From: Trichinella spiralis
Taxonomy: Eukaryota
Reading direction: 5' to 3'
DNA: 64,000 nt
Assembly (NCBI RefSeq): GCF_000181795.1
Contig: NW_003526948.1
Span: 3,016,945-3,080,944, forward strand
Shown here: piece after piece, positions 49,763 to 61,600 of the stretch
Position numbering within the stretch: position 1 is the first letter of the stretch
Layout: each line of letters starts with the position of its first letter
Program-made: the position numbers and the translations under genes
Notes under the pieces: generated by a model
What the model was told of the DNA's origin: nothing
The model's input: only the letters and a program-made list of their open reading frames with translations
Database searches by the model: none

Positions 49763-51875
49763 GTAAGTGAGAGAAGTTGTATTCGATAAAACGGTGGTGG
49801 GAATGTTGAATTTCAATTGAGATTCATCTCCAATGTTCTTAAATAAACATAAATTAATAATTAGATTGTAAAAATATTTCAGCCGACCAAAATTGTTAGC
49901 TCAGTAAACCTTTAGCTGGCTTTACGTGTTGAACTTCACCTCATTGGACGGGTTGGATTGATTCAGTGACACATTCAACTGTTCTCAGGGTTAATGAGAA
50001 GGAATAGTTGGAGTTTCGATTATTGGCTGTTCGATGTCGAATCAGGTTATCAACAATGGGGGGAAACTTGATTTTCACTAGTCGACTGTTAGAATTGGAA
50101 CTGAATCCAAGTTCGACTTGAAACAACGCCACAGGCAAAGTGCAGATTATTGGCGTTGCTATGTCAACGAATGTGTTGCGGTTAGCCGATGACATCACGC
50201 ACACGTATTCTTGGATGTATATTTTAGAAGGTTGTGTTTGCTCGATCAATTGATGATATTTCAGCTGCTCTGGACGATCGTCTGAGGTTGACGTTTGCTT
50301 ATTCTTATACTGTACGTGAATGGGAAAAGTTGAACGGACTGTAATTAGTATTAGTAATTGGGAATGGAATTATTCTTCAACGCCGCTGCTCGTGTACAAC
50401 ACTTGAAAATCGCAAAACGTCAATTGATCTTTCTGTAGACAAAGTGGAGAACATATTATCGATCAGTTCGGTCATGACCGACTAACCGCAAGCGTGGCCG
50501 GGCAGAATTTGGTAGCGTCGTTGTGGCCGACCAATTTTAGCATAATTCATCGCCCAGCACGATGGAACCAACTATTTATTCGTAATGGAACGTCGGAAAT
50601 TTCACCGACCACCGCTTGAATTTCCATTTTTCTTTTCTATTTCGTTCCCTCTGGTCACCCATATCAATTATTATACAATGTTATTTAGGTAAGGGTTATT
50701 CTTATGTCAGTGATTTGTTGTGATATTTCACGTTGAAAGGTTACGTTGGAAATTTTGATGGTATTTTCTTCATCGCCGGCAGCGTTTTTCATTGGTCCGG
50801 TCACGGGGAGCAGACGCTTACTTAATTACAAGGGGCCATTTGGATGCTGATATACGACCGGTCCAATGCGGTCGACGTCTTTCGCTGCCGATATCCCATA
50901 CGGTTGGATCAGACGGTAGCTGTTGTATTTTTTTTTCCAATTTCATCTACGGTCAACCGTATATCACCAACACGGTATACAACAACGATGTCGTTGTTTG
51001 TATACTGCTAATAGTAGTGGGAGTTGTTGACAGAGTGGGAAAAGAAGAGCAGAATCGCAGCGTGCACAACAACAAAAAACAGCAAACACGACAAAACTGG
51101 TCGCCTTCCATCAATTGGTAGTTAATATCTTACTTTAAATAAATTCGTATTATTTACTATTTGGCGGCGTGTGTGTGTGTGTGTGTGTTTGGCAGTGTCT
51201 GGATGGGTATTCTGCTTTCGTCAGCAGTAGTCTCGTGCGCGGCTGTTACCAACGATGCACGCATATTTTTTCTGATCAGAGCGAGACAGCTCTGCTATCT
51301 GTCTGCCAGCCTGTGTGTAGGCTGGTGCATATATTCATTCAATTGGCTGTCTGCTGTCTGCTAATGCTGCTGCTAGTGCTAGTGCTGCTGCTGCTGCTGC
51401 TGCTGCTGCTTCGCTCCCCCACCCGTCTTCCCTCCCCCCCCTCCCTTCTTCTCTAGTCGGTGAAATTTTCCAATAGAATAATAGATATCAATACGACATG
51501 CGTGGACTGATATCGATTTCAAACTTTGCCAGTGCTGCATTTTCTTGCTGATCATCAGCTCCGCAATGATGGGAAATAATTTCCTCCTTTTTTCCATTCC
51601 ACCTCACAATTATCCGCCTAGATGACTTCTTTTTTTTCACTTTTCAAATGGGGGAAAATTTTTTTTTCTTTTAATCCTATTTTAACTTGTTTATTTTTTA
51701 TTGATTCATTCGTTATCTTATTTGTTGAATTTATTTATTTCAGCTTGCATCCTAGCGACTTTTATGCTGCCATTCTTCTTCTTCTTCTTCACCTAATAAA
51801 CTTGTTCGCCCATTCAAAGTTCGAATCGTCAATTTTCGTCGATCTTGCTTTTTGGAATTATTAAATCTGAAAAAG

Positions 51876-54800
51876 ATGCTTTCCATTGTCCAATTTATTA
51901 CCGACGCTTTCAAAAGAAAAAAGCAAAAATTTACGGTAGGTGAAATATTTTCTTTTTTTCTCTTCTTATTTTAAAACACACTTTTGATCAATTCGATTTC
52001 AATTATCAATCGACAATGGCATCGATGTTGTCATTTTTTGCCAATCCAATAATATGTGGTCAGTTTCAATTTGTCATATTAAAAAAATATTTTTTTTCAA
52101 CATTAAACACAACAACTTATTTATTTATCATTTAATCTACAACTGTAATTGGTATTGACATTGATCAACGGCCGCCGTACACGAAAAATGTGGTCCTGCG
52201 TGTGCGGTTGGCATTTTTTCCACATAGCAAGCAGGTGAACGACCGTCCCCTGTTCACGATCATTCTTCCACTGACCACCACGACAACAGTACAAGCTGAA
52301 TGTCCACTATTTGTGTCTGAATGTTGAAATTTCAAATCCAACGTGATGGTGCTGTTGAATTGGAAGAATTTGGATTGGAAAAATAATATCTCACAACACA
52401 ACTGTAACAGAAGAATCCAAAATAACAATGTAGAAATGGATCCTTAATATATATATATGGTAGGGGGGATTTTGGATGCTTGATCGAGATTGGAAATCGA
52501 ATGATGAATAGTCAGTCTATTAAAAGTTGTACCTGAGACGAGAAAGCACGCGTTACGTGCGTGGGACGTGCATATTTTCAAGGTGCTTCAACCGAAACGT
52601 GTGCCAAGTCAGACAACGCTCACGTTTCATCAAATGGCATATGCAAATGTAAATAAACAAGCAAACAAATATAAATATATATACATTTGTGCTTGTTTGT
52701 TTATCTATTCGGTCGTACGTTTTGTTGTTATCGACTTTTGTCATCAACGGTTGAACAATGCCGTCTGTTTGTCTAGCGTCATCATTTGCCTGTGCTTTTC
52801 AGAAATGTTCACATTTCAACTCATTCATTAAACGGAATTCAATTTACCACTTTTTACCACCTTATTACTGCTGTTCATTATGGAGATGCTTATTGTGTGT
52901 TTTGTGTTTTCAAGTGAAATTTTTCATTTTGAAAATACCACAAAGTCGAAATTGATACTTTGGAAAATGTGGAATTCCATTTTGTTGTGTTGATTTCATT
53001 TGTTTTCAACGTCAGATTACGAAACGCAATCGTTGATGACGCCAGAATCGTTGCAAATCATACATACTATGATGCAATCGTGAAATCCAACTGCACTCTG
53101 TTGTCATTGATTAGTCATCATCCAGTCAATTTAATCACTAGCCGATGCTACCAGAAAATAAAATCCATACGTATTCGTAATGTATATTTTGGGGACAACT
53201 TTTATTCCTCTTCTATTTTTCATTTATACTTCAACTTGAATTTGAATATTTAAAAATAATTAGGTACAATTTGTTATTTTTGTAGACTAGTATTTTGATT
53301 TGTGTCATTGTTACAGTGGAATTATATTTTCCCTGGAATATTAACAAAATTATGTGAATTAACTGTTGGAGAAAAATGTTCAAATGATCAGTGACCGTTT
53401 ATTTTTTTAAATGAAATTCCAATATATAGAAAGAATTCGAAGCAGATTTTTTAATGATTGTTTTTATTTTTAAAATTCACTGCTTTTGTTGTAGTTGGAA
53501 TCCGTATTGGCCGAATTCATCTTAGACAATGACGCTTTACGTCGAATGATGTACATCATGGACCGGGAGATGACCAGCGGCTTAGCTGGTGGACTGAAAG
53601 AATCAACAATAGCTATGCTACCATCATTTGTGCCAGTTTTACCAGATGGAACTGGTATGTGTATTTGTTGTGTAAATTAACATCAATATTATAATAATTT
53701 TTTCTGCTTTTGTTTTTTATAGAGTGTGGAAAATATATGGCTATTGATTTGGGTGGCACGAATTTGAGAGTGATGTTGATGAACATTGCCGAAAATGCGG
53801 AGGATACTACTGCTGAAAGTTGCAATTTCCGTATGCCACAAAATGCAATGACTGGCACTGGCGAAGAGGTGATGAATAGCGTTAAAATAATTTTTTAAGT
53901 GTAATTTTGTTAACGTTGTGTTTTTTCAATGGTGTATTAGAAATTACGTAATTTCCTGCATTATATTTTTTACTCGTTACTGATAATTAGGAATTGCACG
54001 AACACGGATTCTACGTCAAAGTGAGGAAATACTTTCCGTGTGACAATATATATCTTTTAATCGTTTAATTTTTTTTTTTGAAATATTTCTTCGTGGAAAT
54101 GAAGCTATTTATTTTTAGCTTTTTGATTTCATTGCCAGCTGTATGGAATCCGTCTTGCGTAACAAGAAACTTCTGGACGAGCCGATTAAGATGGGTTTCA
54201 CATTTAGCTATCCCTGCGATCAGACTAGCCTTTGTTCGGCCAAATTATTGCGTTGGACTAAAGGATTCAACGCTTCTGGCGTCGAAGGGGAAGATGTTGT
54301 CAAATTGCTACAAACTGCAATTCACAAACGAGTTTGTCGAATTGTTTAACAAGTGTAATTTTTTCCTTTAACATTTTTTGCAATTTCTTTAGAACTTGAA
54401 AATCACAGTTATGGCTTTGATGAACGATACTGTAGGTACGCAAGTTGCTACGGCTCACGATATGAGACAATGTGAGCTTGGCGTTATTGTTGGTAAGATA
54501 TTTGAAATGAGATTCTTCTCTGAACCATTTCGATTAAAAAAAAAGTAAATAAATATCAATGCAATTTTTCAGCCACTGGCACCAACGCATCTTACATGGA
54601 AGATGTTAAGAAAATTCCAAAATTGAAAGATGTTGATTTTCCTTATGAGAAAGTAGGAAAATTGAATTGAATTGAATTGAATGTAAAAATGTACGTTTTT
54701 TTTTTTCATTTTTAGATGATTATTGATACGGAATGGGGTGGTTTCGGCGATGGTGGCGAGGCAGAATTTATCAAAACTCAATACGATCGCATTGTGGACG

Positions 54801-55482
54801 AACGATCCGTACATCCTGGCGTTCAATGGTAATTTAGCTTCTTATTCTATTGTTTCTCAATTTTTAATTTATTTAGCTTCGATAAAATGGTTGCCGGCAT
54901 GTACATGGGCGAATTAGTGCGACTGGTCATTGAGAAGCTTGTCAAAGGGAATTTGATATTCCGAGGCGTTGGTTCTCAGTTGTTGTTCACACCGAACACA
55001 TTTCCAACCAAGTTCATTTCTGAAATATTAGCGTATGTTTGTCGTCATAATAAAAATTTTTCTCGTTGAATTATGACGATAATATTAACGATTTTAGCGA
55101 CGAAGGTGGAAATATGGTTCAAACAAGACAAATACTCGATGAACTTGGAATTGAAACATATGTATACAGTGATTTGCTTGTATTGCGTGAAGTGTGCATG
55201 ACCGTTTCAAGACGATCTGCCAATTTATGTGCTGCTGGTAATTCATCTTTTTCGGTCATTTTTCAACAGTTCTTGTTGTATTCAATTTACGATGCTTTTG
55301 TTTTTCTCTTCAGCAATAGCTTGCGTGTTGAATCGTATTGGAAAGAAGAAAGCAATTGTTGGAATTGACGGATCTACTTATCGTTTTCATCCATTTTTGC
55401 ACTCGTGGGTTAAAGACAAAGTTCGCGAATTGTTAGACCCGAACATTGATGTAAATTTGAAATTTACAAAAAAAATTGAATA

Positions 55483-55520
<38 letters not shown>

Positions 55521-55632
55521 TTTTATTAATTTTTTTTTCTATTTCCAGTTTCATCTCGTTCAAGCAGGAGATGGAAGTGGCAGAGGTGCCGCTTTGGTTG
55601 CTGCCATTGCTGACAAATTGAATCTGTCTTGA
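51876..55632 (+). CDS. Hexokinase (single-domain, ~50 kDa type), multi-exon
   Basis: Exon 51876-51935 MLSIVQFITDAFKRKKQKFT|GTAGG joins 53495 LESVLAEF. Motifs MLPSFV, AIDLGGTNLRV, MGFTFSYP, WTKGF, MNDTVGT, ATGTNASY, DTEWGGFG, GMYMGELVR, GIDGSTY, DGSGRGAALVAA; stop at 55630-55632. Confidence 0.96.
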
Positions 55633-56728
55633 TTTTTTGTCAGTTGTTCCATTTTTCCCACTTTGTTAATTTTCATTGCTATCAACTTCTTCCCGTATGT
55701 GCTGGTAAAAATTATTCTATGTTTTGCATCTTCAGAAAATGAAAGACAAAAAAAGAAGCGCATCTACTACCAGTTCTATTCTTTGCATTACATTGCATAC
55801 ATCTTTACATTATGGAAATTTCTTTGTCCACCAAAATTAATGGTTCAAAGAAACTCTTAATGTAGTAGATATTTATTTTACTTATCTGTTCCTTCAAAGA
55901 CGCAGACTTATCTCTAATAGTTTCCACCTGTAACATCCGTATTCAAATTGTAATTTTGATTTTTCCCCAAGTATATTTTCTTGCACTTGGTGCAACGTGT
56001 TTTCCTTTTTCGATTGCATTTTTTTACTAACATGTGACGTTAGACTGAATTGTTTGAAACTGAATTCGCATTCACAACGACTTCTAGTCAGTGTGCGTGT
56101 GTGTGTGTGTGTGTGCATGTATACACACACAAATATTTATACGTATTTATGCATATATACAAACATATATTCATACCTACATATATATATATCGTATTAC
56201 CAAATCTGGAATTGCTCACTGCTTGAAAAAGTTTTTGGTTTCAAATTCTTCATATATGATGATCTTTTTGACTTATCAATGTAATGCATGCCAAATATAT
56301 ATTTTGCCTAAATGGTATTTTTACGGTAATCATTATTCCTACTATTACTACTATCCTTATCCTGAAAATTATTCCTTCTGTACGCAGTTTGCAATGTGTT
56401 TTGATTTTTTGACATGACAATGACTGCTCGTCAGTATAATCATGCTTATCATATTTGCGTTTATTTATTTAGAAAAAGCAGTGAGAAACGTTTGACAGTA
56501 TTTTGTCAAATCGATTGTCCAATTTTAACCTTACATTTCCAAATAAACTTTGCATCATAAATTTGTTTTTATTGTTATGATTTCATTTGTTGATTTTTTA
56601 ACTCATATTTTATAATGTAATGTAAATGTATATTTTGAAATTGCTTATTCTGATGCGTATTGCGTGTAAATTATTTTTTTTAGCCAGTATGTTCTAAATT
56701 TCCAAAAAAAAGTATGTATATGTGGAAG

Positions 56729-57594
56729 ATGGAATTTCCAAAACGAGAAAGTTGTTTATACACACCACAATATTGGTAAATTAATTAATTTATTTGTTTA
56801 ATTGGACTGTATGCACACTGTGCGTTTTATTTGCAGTGAAGAGAACGTCTGGCATTTGAGCAAACAGTTGATTTCAGCTTTTCCAACTTCAAATTGTCGG
56901 GTTTGCTTTCTAACAAATTGCAAGCGCAAAGTCAGTCAACTGTTCGAAGATGTCAATTTTTACGTTTTTTGTTTTGTTTTGTTTTTCTTTTGCAATCGTA
57001 GGTTTCACTGTGGCATCAAAGAACTGGTGATCCAAATTTCGAAGGTTTCGTCGTCTGGGTATGTGCAAGTGGATTTGCTCTTCGTATTGATTATCTGGGT
57101 TTTGATTTTTATTCTAAATTCAGGACTATCACGTTTTTGCAATGCTTCATCACGACCAGCAAGGAGAGCTGATATTCGATCTGGACACCACATTGCAATT
57201 CCCATGTTCAGCGAAAGAGTATGTGGAAAAGGCGATTCGTCCTGACTGCGAATGTCATAATAATCGGTATATTTCGTACAATAATATTATTAGTGTAACA
57301 ATGCCAGCGTGTTGATTGTGTGATTTTCTTTTTCATTTCACCGCGTCGATTAGACGTCTGTTTCGCGTTGTCGATGCTAAATTGTACGTCGAGAAATTCG
57401 CCTCAGATCGAAGTCACATGATTTCGCCAGAAACATTTGCTCATCCACCGCCATGGCCAATTATTGTCACGCATAATTGTCAGAATAATTTGTCCAAATG
57501 GTTGGAAGTTGCTGTTGACCGGTGTCCTCACACGGACTCGTATGGTTGTGTTTTCAATTTGGAACAGTTTGAAAAATTGTGCAATTCATGTTAA
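56729..57594 (+). CDS. NTAQ1: Protein N-terminal glutamine amidohydrolase (WDYHV1/tungus); 5 exons
   Basis: Spliced YTPQYC|EENVW (catalytic Cys), VVW|DYHV, IFDLDTTLQFPC, FASDRSHM, PPPWP. In-frame upstream ATGs exist at 56714 and 56720. Confidence 0.94.
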
Positions 57595-58689
57595 CTTTAC
57601 AAAAACTGCTTGTGAATAAAATTATGGAAACGATAAACGACTTATTTATCACAATTAGCAATATTCTTATTAAAATGGTCCGTATTAAATAAAGTTCGAT
57701 CACCAATTGATGATTAATTTTCCAAACCCCCCTTATGTAAGCAAGTAAGTAAGTAATGTTGAAATGGTTAAAAAAGTTTGCCAAAAAATTAATTGGAAAA
57801 TAAAAAGCACTTCAGTTTATTATTATTTATTTCTTTCGAGTGGCGTAAAAATTGTCAATGGTAAATACTGTATACATACACCTACTTATCCTTATGGTTA
57901 CGGTAAATTATTTTTTAGCAAAGAGCAAAAAAAAGCAAAAAAGCAGTAGTATTTAATAATTATAATCACGGAAAATCTAATTTCTCACAACATAAATCAT
58001 AATTAAATTTCTTTTATTTATATTTTTTGTTTTTATAATTTCAAAATATTACACAGTACGGTAAATCTTACGGTTGGTTTATATTAAAAATTTTAAATTT
58101 TCACTGAAGGAAAATTTTAGTAATTATATTTTCAAGTAAGTATAATGTGCATCAAATTATTTGAAACTTTAACAAGTCGAACAAGCGAATAGTTCAATTT
58201 TTAACTTTGTGTAACTGTAATTAACCTTGATTTAATAGTCTACTGTAGCTTTATTGTGTTACACTTTTGCAATTATGTGGCGGAATTTTTTTCTGTCTAA
58301 AGTAATGCCTTCATTTAATTAGCTTCATTAGGTTGTGAAATTGAGGTACAATTCTCCTATTTTGCATTCTTTTTGTTGACAACAGTGATTTTCAATTTTA
58401 GTTATGCAATGAATTTGTCCTGCGATTGCATTTCAAACAAAACAGCTTGTCAAGCAAGCAAAAGTTTTATTTTACCTATATTTTAAGATCTCTTTGTTTG
58501 TTGTGTTTAAGTTTTGTTAACTATAAAAACAAGCTAAAAATTCATTTCTTTTAACTATTCTAATTGAAGAAAATGTTGAGCAAAATTGTTGTTTCAATTT
58601 CTTTTTTTTTCTTCGTTCGTTAACATTATTTGTACTGTCTGTGTAGGTATAAGTATTGGCTTCTTCTTGATAAATTGAAATTTTCAATC

Positions 58690-61600
58690 ATGTACGCGGT
58701 TCATCGGCAAACTGATGCTCCAACAGCGGTGAACAAGTCTATGTTCGGTCATTTCACGCAGACCGATGATTGGGAAGTGGTGGTCGCTTGTGATTCTTAT
58801 TTGAAAATTTACAAACTTCGTCCGGCCAAGTTGACAAGCGATACGATGGAATGTGGTGGTGGACTGTGTCCGACGAACCTGGCTTCATTTGAATTGGTAC
58901 TCAGCGAGCAGGTGTATGGTCGATTGGCGTCGGTCGCCATTGCCCGGCTGACCGGCTTTCAGTTGGACGTGATTCTGTTGGCTATCGACGATGCGAAGCT
59001 GAGCGTGGTCGGCTACGACATCGAGACGCACAGTCTGGTTACATTGTCGATGCACTACTACGAGGACGATTTGTTCAAGCTCGGCTTTACGCGCTTTGAG
59101 ATACCGCCGATGCTGCGCATGGATCCAGAAAGGAGGTGCGCGGCGATGACCATCTACGGGGCCCATCTGGTTGTATTGCCCCTAGTGCGGGAAAGCTTGT
59201 ACGAAAGTATGAACATTGTCGATCCGTCGCAAAGACCCGGCTGGCCGTTCAGCTTGCGTCTCACCAGCTATACGGTGGCGTTCAATGCCATTGACGCCAA
59301 AATGCACAACGTGACCGATATGTGTTTCTTGCATGGCTTCTACGAGCCGACTGTGCTGCTGCTGTACGAGCCGACGCAGACCACCGCCGGTCGGGTAGTG
59401 GTCCGCCAGGATACGTATCAAATTCTGGCCGTGTCCCTGAATCCCAAGGACAAAACACACGCGGTGATCTGGACGCTGGGCAATTTGCCGTTCGACGCGT
59501 TCGCGTTGCTGGCGTTGCCGAAGCCGTTGGGCGGCGTTTTACTCTTTTCCGTCAACTCCATCATCTATCTCAACCAGAGCGTTCCCTGCTGCGGCATCTT
59601 GATCAACGACAACGGCCGCGGGTTCACCAACTATCCGCTCAGGGACAGGTCTGAGCTGATGGTCACTTTGGACGGCTCCCACGCGGCACTGATCGATTCG
59701 GCCAACGCGGCTTTGGTGCTGCGCAGCGGACTAGTGTTCGTGGTTTCTCTCCTTTTCGATCGCTTGAACATGGTCAAAGAGATTCTACTGACCGCCAGTT
59801 CTGTCCGTGGCGCCGCCCCGTCGACCGTTAGCGCTTGCGTGTCCAGCAACTGTTTGTTCGTCGGTTCTGCGATTGGCAATTCGGCATTGTACGCATACGA
59901 GGCGATCGAGCAGGTCGACGTGGTCGTGCGCGGCGACGCGCCTGCCTCCTCCTCTTCCTCTTCCAGCTCTTCCTCTGACTCCTCTTCCCGCTCTTCTTCA
60001 TCCTCCTCCTCGTCCTCCTGCTCCTCCTCCTGCTCGTCCTCGTCCAACTCGTCGTCGCCTTCCGTCTCGCCTTCTTCGTCCTCGGTCTGCTCGTCTTCGT
60101 CGTCGTCGTCGTCGTCGTCCTCGTCCTCGTCGTCCTCGTCCTCCTCCTCGTCCTCCTCCTCCTCTTCCTCCTCCTCCTCCTCCTCCTACTTGTCCTCCTG
60201 CTCGAACTCTTCCTCTTCCTCCTCCTCCAACTCCTCTTGCTCATCCTCTTCCTCTTCTCCCTCAGTGCACAATTCTGTTCCATCCAAGGCGGTGACGTTG
60301 CCGGCACGTGACACCGGTCTGAATCTGCTCGACGACATGCAACTGTACGGTGAACTGATTCGCCCGTGCACCACCGAAACGCTAGTTCAAACCAAATTCG
60401 AGTTTCGTCGCCTCGACCAACTGGCCAGCCTGGGACCTTGCAGGGCGATCACGGTCGGCGAGTCGTCGGTGGCGATGGTCAACAACTTTTACGAGGACTA
60501 TGTGAGCGACTGGCTGGTGGCCGGCGGACCGGGCACCGACGGCTCGTTCACAGTTATGCAGCGCAGCGTTCGACCGCGGTTGCTGACCCAGACCAGAGTC
60601 GAGGACGTGTTGAACGCTTGGTCTGTGGGCGCCCAGTTGATTGGGTCGGTCGACAGATCGGCGTCGCCCAGACCCCAGTACATGCTGTTGACCACCAAAC
60701 AACGGACGGTGGTTTTCACTTTGAGCAGCGGAATTACGGAAATTTTCGACACCGGATTCGAGATCCGTTTCGAAACAATCGCCTGCGGTGATATGATGAA
60801 CGGCGCCTACGTGGTGCAAGTGACGAAGGAAAATTTGGTCTTGCTCCATCGAGGCCAGCAAGTCCAGTGTATAAATTTGCGTGTTTTCGAAGAAGTCTGC
60901 CAGGCGAGCGTGATCGACCCGTACGTGGCTTTGATCGTCCGTCACGGCCACGTGCTGCTGTTCGGTTTGGTCTCGTACCGCGGCGAATACCGACTGGCGA
61001 TGTCCGAACAGCGGCTCCACTGCACCGTCCCGGCGGTGGCGCTTTGCCTGTACAAAGACACCAGTAGCTTGTTTGTTGTGGTCGACAGCGTCGTTTCGCC
61101 GTCGGCGGAGTCGAATTTGAAGGCGAAACTGCAGATGACCACGCCCGTCGACGAAGACGACCTGCTCCTGTATGGGGAGCCGATCGGAGCCGAGGCGCCG
61201 ACCGAGCCGACTCGACGGCGCACTTCTGACGGTCGGCATACCTATTGGCTGGTGTTGGCCAAAGACAACGGTGACTTGGAAATCTATTCGGTGCCGGATT
61301 TGGTTTCCGTGTTCGTGGTCCAGCATTTCAGCTTTGGCTTCCAGGTGCTCTGCGACGACATCAACAACACCAACACCAACAAAAACAACGAAAACAACAA
61401 AAACAACGAAAACAATAAAAACAACAAAAACAACAAAAACAGCAAAAACAAAAACAGCAGCAGCAGCAGCCGCAAAAGAACCACCGGCAAAGTAAGCCCC
61501 GGCAGTTCGGTCGCCTCGGTGATCAGGCAAGGTTTGCCGTTGCGCATCAAAGAGGTGCAGTTGTTGGGCTTGGGTCCGTTCAGGGACCGGCCGTTTCTGT

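Noticed and set aside
55735..55860. Alternative hexokinase C-terminal exon after TTCAG (ENERQKKKRIYYQF...)
   Set aside because: I found no convincing in-phase donor before the 55630 stop; it needs junction reads.
59631..60374. Poly-Glu, poly-Arg and poly-Pro ORFs
   Set aside because: Alternative-frame and antisense readings of the (TCN)n poly-Ser tract.
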